Notes under the pieces: generated by a model | What the model was told of the DNA's origin: nothing | Database searches by the model: none | Seen by the model: the letters and a program-made list of their open reading frames with translations, nothing else | Assembly (NCBI GenBank): GCA_003971905.1 | Contig: RSEE01000056.1 | Coordinates: 186,001 to 250,000 of the forward strand | Source: Moniliella sp. 'wahieum' | Taxonomy: Eukaryota | Length of the DNA stretch: 64,000 nt | Direction of reading: 5' to 3' | Part shown: positions 41,101 through 58,541 of the stretch, in pieces | How positions within the stretch are numbered: the stretch's first letter is position 1 | How the letters are laid out: each line of letters begins with the position of its first letter | Program-made: the position numbers and the translations under genes

Positions 41101-42780
41101 ACGAAACGGACCACCTCGTTTATCTTCCTCACACAGGGCCAACAGACGCTCGCGAAAGATCAGCGTCGAGGCATCCAGAAGGAAGGTGAGAGCATGCACT
41201 GCCGTGGCAGCCTTATTGATGGTGGTACGCAGATACGGCTGGGCACGGAGAACGTTGCGGGATACCTCAGAGTTCTGCAGCCGGCGGAGAGAATACGGGG
41301 TGATCATGTCGGCTCGCTGGTCCCCGCGCAGCAACTGAAACCGGCGCAGGGAATTGAGATAGGCCTCGTCGACCAGTTTGCAAAACCGATCTTTAATTTG
41401 GTTGATGATCGGGTCCGGCATGACGGGAAGGATGGTTTCTTGTTTCCGGTGAACGTAGCGAAAGATATCGATCGCATCGGGCGTGCGGATCTCAATCGCG
41501 CTAATGTGAAGCTTGTTGATAATCTGCTGGACCACCTCGGGCGACTTGCCCGGGGTGGCGGAAAGAGCGAGGATGCGAAAAGAGGGGTTGAATTGCATGA
41601 GCATGGCGACAATCACAGTGTAAGCGTAGTTCCCCGTCCCACGGTGCGCTTCATCAATCACCAGGCACACCACTTCGTGCGGCTTGAGCAGCCCCAATTT
41701 CAGGTCGTTGGCAAGCGTTTGCGGGGTCATGTAGAAGATGCGCTTTTCCTGGTAGTCTGCCCTCCGCATTGTGCTCTTCGTCTCTCCGGTCAGCTCGACC
41801 GCAACGTTCCACGGCAGGCCGCAGATACGATGACAGGCCACTTGTTGCTGGGCCACCAGAGGCCGAGTTGGTGCGACAAAGACAATCTTGCCTTTGGGAT
41901 ACCAGCGGAAAAAGTTGAGCATCACGACAGCTGCAATGAATGTCTTACCCAATCCGGTGGGGAGGGCAACGAGGACGTTACTGGGAGCCAGAGGGTCAGT
42001 CGAAACGACACACAAAGTGGGGTATAAAAGGCCAGAAAAAGGAACTCACTTAAAGAGGGCTTTTTGAACAATGTTGAACTGGTAGTCGCGAACGGGCATG
42101 TTAGTAGGATACACCCAGGTCAGAGCCGCTTCGACATCGACCGCGGGGGGCACAAATTCCTGAGCCGAGTTGCCATCAAGGTAGTTGGAAAAAGAGGCGT
42201 CCGGAAGGTTGGATGTCGATATGTCGACGCTCCACGTACACCTGGCCCAAACAGACCAACATGGGCCAAAGGGTGGTTGGCCCGGCCCGCATCCCAGTCT
42301 CCACCTCGTCTTCGGCTGGGGCACCCGGCGGGGGCATGGTCCGGCGGTTGCGCAATGGGCCCGAGGCAGCAGCAGCTTGAGACTTATCCCAGCGCTTTCC
42401 CCGCTGCCTCTGGGTGGGGGATGTATTTTGGATGGAGAGAACGCCCTCGTGGCGTGGGTCGACGCGGTTGCCGTGCAAGTCCACCTGTCTGGGAACTGCA
42501 CGTTGGGCATCGTTGGGTGTAGGGATGGTTCTGCGGAGGAAGCGGAGCATGCGAGGGGCGGGTCAGCTGGCGCTGATCGATGCCAGCCATGATGACATTG
42601 AGATCGTCGTCGGTGCCAAACTCATCGTCGCTGTACGAGGACGAGGGGATGGTGGGGAAGAGGGGGCGGGGCGTGGGCCGGGGCGGAGGTGGGGTGGGGA
42701 AGTGGCTGCGCACGCAGATCCAGGTGGGCCATCAGCTCGTCGGCTGAGCCAAACTCGTCGTCCGAGTGGGCGGTGGACAT
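38122..42780 (-). CDS. MPH1: FANCM/Mph1 DEAH-box DNA helicase
   Basis: [107 protein letters not shown]. Long low-complexity C-terminus ending [12 protein letters not shown]. Intron 41981-42049. Confidence 0.95.
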
Positions 42781-43577
42781 GGGCAGGACATGCCCCAGGT
42801 GTAGGCGGGAGCGACGACGCAAGGGGCGGTGGTGGCGGCCACAGCGATTAATTATGGCGCGTCTTGCGTTGGAGCTTAGCTTGAACGTTGAACGAACGTT
42901 GAACGCGCTGCTTGCGCGTAGCCATGGCACATCACGTGTGACATGGGACATCACATCTCCTCGTGTCATCACAGTGAGGCCGCCCCGCCATCGCTCCCAA
43001 TCCCACGGCGCGTGCGCCCAGCGGAATCGGAGATCACGTGAACCCCCCCTGGGAATCCCGGAAGCCTGAGTGCATGTTGCACCGATTGGGGCCATCTTTC
43101 AGCGGTGCCAAGCAGTCACCAAGCGAAATAAGCGCTAATGCAGCTGCCGCGCGTGCGCGTGAATATTGAATCCCGGATGCCACGGATCACGTTGTCGTCA
43201 CGTGTTGCTTGGGTGCTGTCCCAGGCCGTCGCAGGCCATCCCCTTGGAAATTGTCGGTGACCGATGGCGGCAATGGCGAGTCCAGGGGCAATGCCAGCGA
43301 TCGCAGGCGTCCCAGTCGCCGATCCAGGCTCTTCGCTCTTAGATGCGTCTTTTTTCTGCACCAACTACGGGTGAAAGAGCGGGAGAGCAGGCCAGCATAC
43401 GTACCCCTTCGTTTCGCCCTGCCGTGTGGCTTGCATGTGCACGCAACACTCAACCGGGTGGTTTAAACCTTTTTTTCTCGTCTGCATCTGCGACCGTTCC
43501 ACCGCCAGTCTGTTTTCCCCAGCTACCACAGTTGCCGCACCTTCCACACTGCCCTCCCGTCCGCCACTGTCATAGCC

Positions 43578-44879
43578 ATGTCCGTTCCTGCCCTCAGACC
43601 AGGTGACCTTGCAGCTTTTCCCCACGCCGTGGCGGAGCGGGAGCTGCTGTACGTCCATGCCCCTCCCGACTGGCCCCTGCGCTCTGTTGTGTCCCATTCT
43701 ACTAACCACCTCGTCTCTGTTGCCCAGCGAGTATCAGCTGACTCTCTGCGAGCCCCCCCTCAGCATGCCGTCGCGTCTGCCGGACCGGCTTGTACGTACG
43801 ATCCCTCCTGATTAGCCTCTTCAGCTTCAGTTGCCTCTGCGACAAGCGATGCTTCCTCCTCCCCTTCTGTGTGCGACAGAAGCTAACCTTATGCCCTACG
43901 CGCCCTTTTTTTAGCTCAGATGGGGGCAATCCAGCCACCCCCAATGTTGCAGCTGCACGTTATTGCCCACAAACAAGCAATGCGTCCCCGCCTCCGCCTG
44001 CTGTAGGATTTTCTGTCACACACGGATTGTCTTCCCGCTCGCTTGCTGCCCCGGCCCTGGTCGAGAATGGACCAAGACCGAGGTCGGTGATGGCTGGGAG
44101 GATCCAGCGTGGTTTCTCGCCAATCCTTCTCTCTTTGTCTTTGCTTCAGTCGCATCCGAGCAAGACAGCACTGTGCCCCAACCCTTAACGGGCGGGACCT
44201 CGGTCTCATCTCTGTATCACCTCAGCGATGCCACCTCGCACGAGACCAAGGCGTGTTTCTCTTCCCCTCTCTCTCCATCCAGGCCGAGGGCGGCACCGAC
44301 TCGCTTTCCATCTGTTTGAGATCATTGGCCGGACAATGTGCCATTGCAAAACCGTTTACTCCCCCTCGTTCCAGGTCGCCCCCGCTCCCGAACCAGTGAC
44401 CCCCGTTGAACCGCCCGCCTCCTTTTCCCACTCCTCCCAGCCTGCAAGGGAAGAACGTCCGTTGCGTAGGAAAAGTCACCAGCGCACCACAAGTTTCTCC
44501 GACGACCCCCAGGGCGGTACGGGGGGCAAGCGACCCCGAGCGTCCACTCACCATCCCTCGTCGTCTCGCCGAGGCAGTCTGCCACCCCAAGCGAGCAGGA
44601 CAGCCTCCACCTTGTCCCCAGCCGCTACACGTACCTCGGGACCAAGGATCCCACCTTCCCCCCATTTGGGCAGCTTGCCTACGCCTACTACCGCCCCCTG
44701 CCTCTTCCCCCCTTCTCGATCCGCCCCAGCGAGAAGCTGAGGCCGGCCAGAGTGCTCCACCAGACCCTTCCCCGACTCGGATCCTTCTCCCGCTGAACGG
44801 CACCTCAGTCCACGTCCCTCCCTTGGCCGGGCGGAGGCTACCTCCTCTCCCCACCGCACCTCCCCGATCCTCATTGAAG
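43578..44879 (+). CDS. Hypothetical protein
   Basis: ATG in a GCCATG context after a pyrimidine-rich leader. Candidate intron 43791-43914 (GTACGT...GCTAAC...TAG), followed by coding-like frames and a Pro/Ser-rich tail. No family recognised. Confidence 0.4.
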
Positions 44880-45327
44880 CATACCGAGCTGGGAAGGTAT
44901 ACGTGTCGCGCGAGGAGGACCCGCCACAGTGACGGCCACGTTCACACGCCCATGCACATGCCACATGCGCACATGCACACCATATGTTTGTTCTTTGCTT
45001 ATTATTCTCTGTTTTTCTACGACCCCTCACGGCGGGTGGGGGACAAAAGGGCATAGCATGCGCAGAATTGGCAATGCAAAAGTGGATGCAGGTTATGACC
45101 AGAAGTTTGGTATCGCCGGCAGCGAGGCAGATGGTATGTAACAGACAGCGTGTCGACCATAAAATGGTGGAACGTGGGAAGAGCGCGTCGGGGCGGGGGG
45201 GGGTTGGGTACCACTTGGGAACGCACTTGACATTTGAAGCGTCTTTCTCGCCATCCCATTGCTGTGCCCCCAGCTTAACTCTATACCTCTCGCACGGCGT
45301 TTTGGAGTGTCACCCAAGGCAACGTGC

Positions 45328-46347
45328 TTAGGAGGACTGGTCTCGCCTCTTCAGCGCAAAGCGAAATCCCTCGTAAGTCTGACAAGGGGTCAGCAAAGCC
45401 CTTGAGAACAAAGAAGGATGACATACCAGGAAGCACAGCGCATTGGACGGTATGTAGGTCAACACACGAGGTGTCAACCCGCGAGTCAAGCCTTTCATCC
45501 CCTCACGCTGGAGATGATACGGAATGCCTGGGTCATGCCCGAGGCCTGACGGATGGCTGGGTCGGAGGACGTGCCCCGGGTTTGAAGGAGCGTTTTGGCC
45601 ACGTCCAGAGGGGTTGTGAGCGCAGCAGCAGTTCCCTCCTGCAAACCCGCCGGCCAGAATGTGGGTCCAAGGGTCGTACACTTCTGTGGGATTCAACACC
45701 TTCTTGGCCCACTCGTAGGCACTAAACTGAAGCGCAGTAAAGGGGACGGTCATGGTGAGAGTAGTGGGGTAGGAAAGGTAGAAGGCTCGGACCCCTCGTG
45801 TTGGTAAATGTGTTGGGCAGTGGAAAGGAAGGTACGATGGATTGACCATGAATCTGCATTCGTTGCTTGATCACTGCGTGAGTAACAACGTTAGCCATCC
45901 AATCAACCGAGAAGGGGAAATCGATGCTCACCATCAAATGGGTTCATAAACGCGTCCGCGGCGATTGTCGCAGCGGCGCCGGACACGGCGGTTGAAACAA
46001 GCCTGTGTCCTTCTTGGTTGCCCCCGGTAGCGTCCTTGACCAACTCGTAGGTACTAAAGTAGAGTGCGTGAGCTGGCCCGGCACCAAGAATGACGCTCGA
46101 CACGCCCCTCCACAGAGCGCGGGCCCCCTCGCGGGTGGTAATGCTGCGGAGCCCCTGGCCGACACTCGAGTAGGTCGCGGCAGGAGCGGCGGAGAGGACT
46201 TGCATCCGCGTCCGCACGACATCGATGGGGAACATGCAGGCGTGCTCCGAGATGCCAGCAGCCGCCAGCAATCATGTTGATGTGAAACGGAACCTCGCCG
46301 AGGCCTTCGTAATCAGGTTCTTCCTCGGCCATCATGGCGCCGGACAT
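45328..46347 (-). CDS. MRS3: Mitochondrial carrier, Mrs3/Mrs4 (mitoferrin) iron transporter
   Basis: PDYEGL N-terminal motif, AGISEHACMFPIDVVRTRMQ, LWRGVSSVILGAGPAHALYFSTYE, ADAFMNPFD|VIKQRMQ, AFYLSYPTTLTMTVPFTALQFSAYE. Two short introns. Confidence 0.93.
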
Positions 46348-46780
46348 GATGGGCACGTTGGAGGGTCAAAGGGAACCCGGAATCTGGTGACTGGCCGCGC
46401 CCCGAGATTGTTCACTTAGATCCTAAGAACAATGCTCGCAGCAGACACGAGAAGTCTGGGCGGGTAGATTGGCAACCCTACTGCCCTCCATGCCCTGGAC
46501 AGGCCGTGCCCTTGTCGATTTCAATTTCTGGGGGCACGTGATCCCGGGAGGCGCATTCTATCATCCATCACGCGTCACCCATCATGTGACTGACGAAAGG
46601 ACCGTGCATCGACGCCAGCTCAGATCTCCCGCCCGGGACGGGTTCCGAGTCCCCCGAGTGGGTGCGCCGTTCGCCTTGTCCAGCCGCCCTTTGCATGTTC
46701 TGCTCTGGCTGCCTCCCACCAACTTCTTCAGGCGCCAGCCTTACTCCTCACCCCTCTCCCCCTCTCCTAGTCGTATCGCG

Positions 46781-47314
46781 ATGAGCAAGTCGCCCATCAC
46801 CTGCCACATTCTTGACAGCACCCGCGGCCGGCCGGTGGAGGGAGTAGCTGTCCGCCTACAAGCTCTCTGACGACCCCACCTCAGTCGACGCTCAGGCCAC
46901 TCCAACAATCCTGGCGCATGGGTACGCTCTCTTGAACCTTGTGAAGACCAAAATCCTGACCTTTTTGCGTTTCCAGCAAAACCGACTCGGATGGCCGTTG
47001 CCTTACCCTCTTGCCGGCCACTACGCCGCTGACGGGAGGCGTGTACGGATGCACTTTGCGACCGGCCCTTACTTTGCTAGCCAGAATCGCCCAACTTTCT
47101 ATCCCTTTGTCGAGGTACGTCTCTCCCTTTCTCTCTCTTCCAACGCACTGTCCACCGTATAGGAGGGTACTGGGCCATCTGCGTCGTCCTGGGGCTAACT
47201 AACCCCTCGCTGCACGGTCAGATTACATTTTCGATGCCCGTTTCGCCCGACCCCCACTACCACATCCCACTCCTTTTGTCCCCCTTCTCCTACACCACCT
47301 ACCGCGGCTCTTGA
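46781..47314 (+). CDS. 5-hydroxyisourate hydrolase (transthyretin-like)
   Basis: SPITCHILDSTRGRP, TDSDGR, FATGPYF, TFYPFVE|ITF, HYHIPLLLSPFSYTTYRGS-stop (diagnostic YRGS). Introns 46922-46976 and 47115-47221. Confidence 0.96.
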
Positions 47315-50300
47315 TAATCTCAATGCAATGCCGAAGACGGTATTTCCTTCCCCGCAACGATAACTTTCACTAGCCTCGTATGCCGTCAGGTGCTCTGCAT
47401 TTGTAAGTGGGATGCATTTGAACGCGCGCAGGGGATTGATTCGAGTGTTAGTCGCAGAGACAAGATGCGAGATAACGCTCACAGGCCTATCTGCAGGTTG
47501 ATAGTTTAAAAGCGACATCAAGACTACGAACTAATCAACAAGGGTAATGGACAGCCAGACAGAGGATCTGTAGCAGAAGAATGTATTCTAGCCCCGAAGA
47601 GCAAGAAGAAAAAAAAAAAGTGAGCCCCCCGTCCCAAGAGCAAGGCGCCCGTGAGGGCACATCGCCACAAGGGAGATGGGAGCAAGGCCTTGCACCCCGA
47701 AGAGAGCAAAGCCAACCGAAAAGATTAAAGCGAGCTGCGCCCCGTAAGGAACGCAGCGGCCACCGCGCGCCAGTACCAACGACAAAGCGGGTCGGGCGTG
47801 CAATGCCGGCCACACGATGGTCGAACAGAGAATGCTTGAGCTCCCTGTCCTTCGCCTAGGTAAGTATGAGGTTCAACATTTTTCGTCCTGACCCCCTCCT
47901 TTTATACCTTTCGACCCGGCTCTTCTCCTTGACCCGCCAACGTGGGTCAGGGCACGGGGCAGCGATTGCAAAGACCAGCACAGCGCCTGTCAAGCGGAAT
48001 TGGATGCCTCCACTTGAGGCCCGCAGCACCCACCCAGTGTCCGCTGCTTCCATGACCTTCTGCGGGTGGGCAAGCACAGGGCCAGTGTACGTGCTGCCCA
48101 CTCTGTGGCCCCAACCCCGCCCAGGCGCAGGCGGCAATCGCTGTCCAAAGCCAAACCCACAGCGGCCGCGTGCCGCTGTCACCGGTCAGCCATTGGCACA
48201 TCATGCATCATGCATCTTGTCCGTGTCAGCTGGCCCAGCCGGTAGCCGGTAGCCGGCAATCGCAGTCAGTAAATCTGAAATCGAGTTCTGAAGATGAATT
48301 GGTTTCAAATTGCTACTCGCGCGCTCGGATCTCAGATGTAGACCGCTAGGGGCACGTGACCTGCAAATTCTGGTGGCGCCTATTGGATCACAGAAAGTAC
48401 ACTCTTGGAATGGGAGAGGTTTCGTTTGACGTTCAACTCCTCTTCACGACCGATGCCGCTTCCGCTCGATACTCGGGTGGTTCACCTCCTAGCTGTCCAG
48501 CCCCTATCTCTTCGGTTGGTCGGCGCAATATGACTGCGACCGTTTGGTCCCGATGCAACCATCCGGCTACCCCACAACATCTCGCGCCTCTACGACCGCA
48601 GAGCGTCTACGGAAGAGCCCCCCACGCACCACCGTTAATATGTGATCGTATCGCGATTGGGCAGGTACGAGGAAACACTACGCTACCAAGCTGGGAAAGG
48701 AACACAGCGGTAGCTGTTTGGAGCCATTGCAGCTTCAACAGTCTGGCACTATGCCGAGGAACGAGTTTATATATGGCTACATCCAGCGTCGGAGGTTCGG
48801 GGGGGATGGCCGACAGATGCTAATCTTACCTTCGGCTTTGGCTGGTAACGTGTGGCGGATTGAACCTTCGCAGTTGCTTTTTTCCCAGGGGGCTCAACAC
48901 AATGGGGTTTTGGTAGTAACACGCTGCCGAAAACCTCATCACATCGGTGCCGCCCCTCTGCTTATCGCGCGCACGTCCTTTCACTTCCCTCCAACGTAGT
49001 GCCACTTATATGCATGCGCTGGAAACCAAACTGACGTGTGGAGCTGTGGCTCCCTCTTATTTTAACCGGAGAAGTCTCCTATCCGGCCCAGTAGGGTGCA
49101 GGTGCCCACGGCGTGGGGAACTGACTGCCTGAGCGTAGCATACCTCATTGCGCGGGCGCAAGAACGATTGGATTATCGAGCGTCATCCTGAGATGGAGAT
49201 TAATTGGAGGTGTTGCGGTGAAATCTGAGGATCTGAGAGGAGCTGAGTTTGACTGTTTTTGTTGCGGCTGAGGCAGAAACATGGTGTGAGGATCGCAGCG
49301 CTCAGGGCAGTGTGATGCATGATGCTGATGTGAAAGGGCGCGATGCGTGGCGATGCACGATGCCTGGGTGCCCCAGCAGATGTGGTCTGTGCGCACCGGA
49401 CTCATCGATGAGCACCTGCTGGTAATCTAGTGGGCCCAGTCTGACATGGGCAGTTCGTTCGTTTGTTAGCCTCTTCGCTCTGCTAGATCAACCGGTGTCT
49501 GCTACGTTCTTCGATTGACGGCATCACCCGTGAGCATCTGCATGTGCCTGGGGACTGGGTGGGTTATGGTTATGCGGCCACCGTGACGCATGATGCATGA
49601 TGCTCGACGGGGGACCGGGTGAACCCGCATGTGCACCGAGAACTCACAACTCGCAGGGGTACTGAGATCTGAGATCTGAGACGGAGTGCGTATCCTGTAC
49701 GTACACAGACCGCGTCCCAAGTGCTGGCGTTCTCAAGATCTCAGGCTATGAGCTAGCTGGAAGCTGGAAGAGCTTGGAGCTTGAAGAGCCTCAGGCCTCA
49801 TGCGCTCAAGCCCCGCCTTGTTCACCCAGCCAAGACCGTCTAGCAGCGTACCACAGGCTGGGCACCAGGTAGGCGGCAGGGTGCGATGTGTGAGCGGTCG
49901 GCTCCGCGCCAGCCTCGTGCCCGGCGCTGAGATCGGAGACGCGACAGCAGAGCGGCTGGCCTCGGCCTCAGCAGCGTGTCCCAGCTTGCAGGGCTCTGGG
50001 TGGCCCTGGTTCAGCTGGTTCAGCACGGTTAGCACGCCACGCTCAGCTTCGGGGTTTGGGGCTCCAAGTCGGTGGCTATACGCTGCCTGGCTCGACCGCA
50101 CATCTCGGATCTCAGCCTGCGGCCCCACGCACTGGGCCGCATGCGCACGGCTTGGTTTGGTTCAGCCGGCAGTGTCTGTCTCTGCCGCTGGCCAACTCGT
50201 TCCATTGCCGTCATCTGCCTCATCTGCCCCATCCGCATCATCGCCCCGACCCCCGCACGCAACCTCATCTCAACTGCCTCTGATATAAAAACGCCGCCAG

Positions 50301-50380
50301 CTCCCAGCAGCACCATCTTGCTTCTCCCTCCCCTCAGCACATCTTCTGCTAGCTCCTTTCTCACCCACCTCGCCTCCACC

Positions 50381-52370
<1,990 letters not shown>

Positions 52371-53529
52371 ACGATGGATTCATCTCGATCGAACAGCCCC
52401 GCGTTGTGGCTTGCTTGTTCGACGTTAGTTGCTTCTTCCCTCATGCTCACGACTGTAATTCAGCACCACTTGTCATTTTCATGGGCCGTCGCGCCTCCCA
52501 TCTCGTTCACAGTATATGCATAGCATTCACAGGTCATTGTTACTTTTGTGAGTTGGTGGCATTTTTGCGCATTCAACCGCGGAGGATGGAAGCGTATAAG
52601 GCCATACACTCGTATCATATACCAACTTTGCAAGTAATTTGACCAGCACATCTGCAGCATGGACAAGGGCAAGACATTCCGGGAACCGGATAGCGTCAGT
52701 CCAGCCGTGAGAATACTGGAACGGGACTTCTACAATGCGGTTGGGCAACACCCTAAAGCCAGTGGCTGCAAAAAGACGGTCATCAGTGTTTTATCTCTGT
52801 AGTTAAGTGTACTATAACTCAACTACTAATACACGGCAAAAACTTTTGTAGCTTCTGTGAGTGTGGCTAACTTCCATTGTGACAAGCGACAAGTGAATAG
52901 TAGAGAGTTGTATTGTCTCGATCGAGTCTGCGTCCTCATATGCGTCGGCTGGCGAGGACAGTGACAATTTGGCTAACTGTGTCCGAAGGTTATAAGGCCA
53001 CATCATATGTTTGTGAGGACGAATGGGGTCGCAGTTAGTAGTCAAGCCTCTTCTATAGTCTCAACCCCGCATACGGCCAGCTTTTTCCATCGCGAAGCTT
53101 GTTGACTCTCTGCACTCGCCCTTTGCTTAGTACTTGGCGGCATCTTGCATGCCACTCATTTTGCTTGTTTGATGCTCCGATCGGACCTGGCTTGTTATTT
53201 GCCCAAGGAGTGCCCTGACCATTCTTCAACCACCTGTACGCGCTGTGCTCGCGCTCAGACGGAACACTCAGAATACCCACTGATGAAGCTTGAATAGGAA
53301 GCCAACTCGTGTTGGGTCCATGCAGCATACCTTTCGCAACTGAAAACTACGGTGCCCGTTCCGGTATCAGTCAATTCTAGGAAACTATCCATTCTGGTGA
53401 CGAACGAGAACAGCCGTGACAGCCAGTACACGACCAGAAAGGGGGGTGGCAGGGGGAAAGGGGACACGAAACGAGAGTACAGGTATCTTCCGCTGTGGCA
53501 GGGACGAAGCAAATGGGACAGAGAGGAGG

Positions 53530-55757
<2,228 letters not shown>

Positions 55758-55934
55758 GTTGGAGATGAAGGACGGGTGTGCTGGTCGGTCGAGGGAAGAT
55801 GGGGGGATGAGGGCAGACAGCGAGCAGACGGCTGGCTGGCTTATTTATGCGACGTATCGGTGCCCTCAACTCCTGGAGGGGTGTGCTGTTGAAAAAAAAA
55901 ACACGCAGCGCCCGGCCAGTGTGTGGGGCGGGTC

Positions 55935-55943
55935 AAATTTTCA
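55935..55943 (-). promoter_or_regulatory. RRPE-like motif upstream of DBP2
   Basis: TGAAAATTT on the minus strand ~180 bp upstream of the DBP2 ATG. RRPE is known from yeast ribosome-biogenesis genes; the match is short and could be chance. Confidence 0.35.
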
Positions 55944-56189
55944 ACCAGAAAAACTTTGGCTGAGCTGAGCGCTGATTCCGCTGCGGTCATTCCGCGCCGG
56001 GCCGGTTTGTGATGGGTGTGTGTCAGAGGCTTTCAACTTTTAAGCTTCAAAATCTGCAACCTGTCACCCGTGGCTGTCACGTGTGACGCTCGTTAAAGCA
56101 ATTGTGAAAGTTACAAAAATAACCCCGCCTGCTCGCAGCAGGCCCACCCGCAAGTGCATCAACCAGCAGCACCCCAGGACAACAACTCC

Positions 56190-57099
56190 ATGCCCGATCC
56201 GTACACGCGCCGTGGCGGACGTCTCTCGTTCAAGCCCTCCCATCGTCCCTCTCCACCGCCCTCTCCGCCGCTCTTCTCCCAACAGAGTACCATCCCCTCT
56301 CCCTCCTCTGCATCCTCGTCCCTCCCCCCCCGCTTCCGCCACCACCCGCACCCGTCGATCCATGGGCCTTTGACGAGGACTCTTATGCCGACTATCTTGC
56401 TGCCCAGCAATTTGGCGTGGGTCGCGAGTGGATGGCACAGCAGCAAGAGCTCCACGCTAAACACGAGCAGGAACAGTACCTAGAGGAACGACGCCGTACC
56501 CACCAACGCCACAAAGACGCGGAGGAACGTCGCCATCGACGCCACCAAGCCGACCGGGAACGGCGACGGCAAGAACGGAAGCGGCAGCGACGCGAACACG
56601 GAGCACGCCAATCAAAACCAGGAGGGGCCGCACCGCGCAGTGGCTCCTCTCCCCCCGATCCACATCCAGACACACTTTGCATCCCAGTCCCAATAAGACG
56701 GGGCTCTCAGACCGAACCCGAATAACACCTGCTCAGGTTGACCTGGCTCGACAAGTCTGGGCGGATCGATGGTCGTCCCTGCCCTCCCAGATTGACAGGG
56801 AAGTGGACGTTCCCTGGCCCTGTGCGCGGGAGCTTCTTTCACCCGCCTGCCGGGCTCCTTTGACGCTCGATTCCGAGTCGGTCGCGCACTTCCTTTTTGC
56901 CCCTGGCCAAGCTGGAGCTTCACTGGCGCAAGGCGAAGCAAGGCTTCGCTCCGCCTTGCTTCGCTACCATCCCGACCGCTTCTTTGCTGCAGACGGACGC
57001 AGCACCGACCTGCGTCCCGCCATTCTTCACGTTACCCGCTTGCTGCACGAAATTCGCTCGTCCAAGGCGGCATGGCTTGAACGTTTTAATGGGACATGA
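56190..57099 (+). CDS. NFKBIL1-like protein (charged coiled coil plus C-terminal HPD-containing helical domain)
   Basis: R/E-rich stretch EERRRTHQRHKDAEERRHRR, then WADRW..DVPWP and LRSALLRYHPDRF, matching the recalled IPWP...RWHPDKF pattern of NFKBIL1-type proteins. Confidence 0.6.
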
Positions 57100-58008
57100 A
57101 GCAGCATCCAGTACAGCTATTACCGTTTGCTCCGCCCGACGTTCGTGGCGGCACCCGGCTTGGCACGGCAAGGTGTTTCTCTTTGCCTTCCCCGCCTTGT
57201 TTGCACAAGGATGGGCCAAACACGATGATATTTAAGTAGAGGCATGATGCAATGCATCTTCCTCCATTGCTGTTTCTGCATCGGCCTCGCAAGCGCATCT
57301 ACCTTGTAGCCAAGCTGGCGGGTCGCAACGCTGCCCAATATTTGAAACCCTGTACATCAGATGTTGACATCGTTTAGGGCAAGGAGGAATGAGCGAGGAG
57401 CCAATGAGCGATGAGTATGATTGGCAGATAATACTGGTATCCATGCCCTTGTACGCTCTGTGAAGGAAATTACCGATTACCGAGAAAGATTAGTTCCCGC
57501 GCCCAACGCTGGAACCTCTCGCGCCAAAATGACCTTACAGCCTAACTTAGAGACATGAATGAGCATGTCGATGACCGACACTTGCGCGCGACGCAAGCAA
57601 TTGAAGCCTTTTATCTTACTGTTCCCACGGGAACGTTTTAGACTTGCGGGACGACCTCATCAAACGTCTACCCCCCATAGATGTGGCCACAAAAGGAAAA
57701 TCAATGAGTTCGTGAGGATGACAACTCACTAGCCTCAACCTGGAATGCTAAGGATAGGTTAACGACCTTGCACGATGTGACCATCAACCTAACTGTCTTT
57801 GCCCAGTTCCGCAATCAGCACGCTTAGTAGTCCTCCCCTCATTGGTGAGGTTGTTTTCATGGCGCTTGTTACCTCCCACCTGTTCCCCTCCTGTCCGATG
57901 GTCCTGGCCGCTATGATTGCTTCAGAAGGGAACATGGAAAATGGGGCGCGTGGATAGACAGACGAGACGTAAAGAAATGCGAGAGATCATCGACAGTTAC
58001 AGTTCCAG

Positions 58009-58541
58009 TTACTGAGCCAAAATTTGGCGAACAAATTGCTCGTAGTTGATGTTGCCGTCGCTGCGCGTTGCGGGCAAACGGGGGGCGGGAAAGGGGGGGA
58101 GAGGGGTCAGCGGGGGTTGTGGCATGAAGTTTGAAGGCGGAGCAGAACAAGGAAGGGAACGTACGCAGACACAGGCACACCCTTCAGCAACTCATCCACC
58201 TCTTGATCGGTCAACTTTTCTCCCAACGACGTGAGCACATACCGCAGCTCCCCAGCGCCGATGAAGCCATTGCCCTCCTTGTCAAAGACTTGGAAGCCGC
58301 GGATGAATTCATCGGGCGTGCCGGCCCGGCTTGAAGCCATTGGGCGCTGCAAGATGGAAATAAAGGTGGGGTAGTCAATCTCGCCCGGCGGAGGCACTGT
58401 CGCAACCAGCTCGGCTACTTCAGCTTGGGTCGGGTTCTGGCCGAGCGCACGCAGCAGGTCGCCCAGCACCGAGGAGGGAATCTGGCCAGTGCCGCGCTTG
58501 TCGAACAGGGCAAAGGCCTCTTTGAACTCGGCGTCGGACAT
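58009..58541 (-). CDS. MLC1: Myosin essential light chain (Mlc1/Cdc4-type EF-hand protein)
   Basis: [65 protein letters not shown]; intron 58061-58164; last exon [20 protein letters not shown]. Confidence 0.93.

Noticed and set aside
46469..46781. In-frame N-terminal extension or PTS2 for HIU hydrolase
   Set aside because: The frame is open upstream, but no R-[LVI]-x5-[HQ]-L motif is present.
49880..49990. TPP riboswitch upstream of PDC (GCTGAGA at ~49926)
   Set aside because: The downstream conserved CTGAT..TAAT..GCG elements and the intron context are absent.
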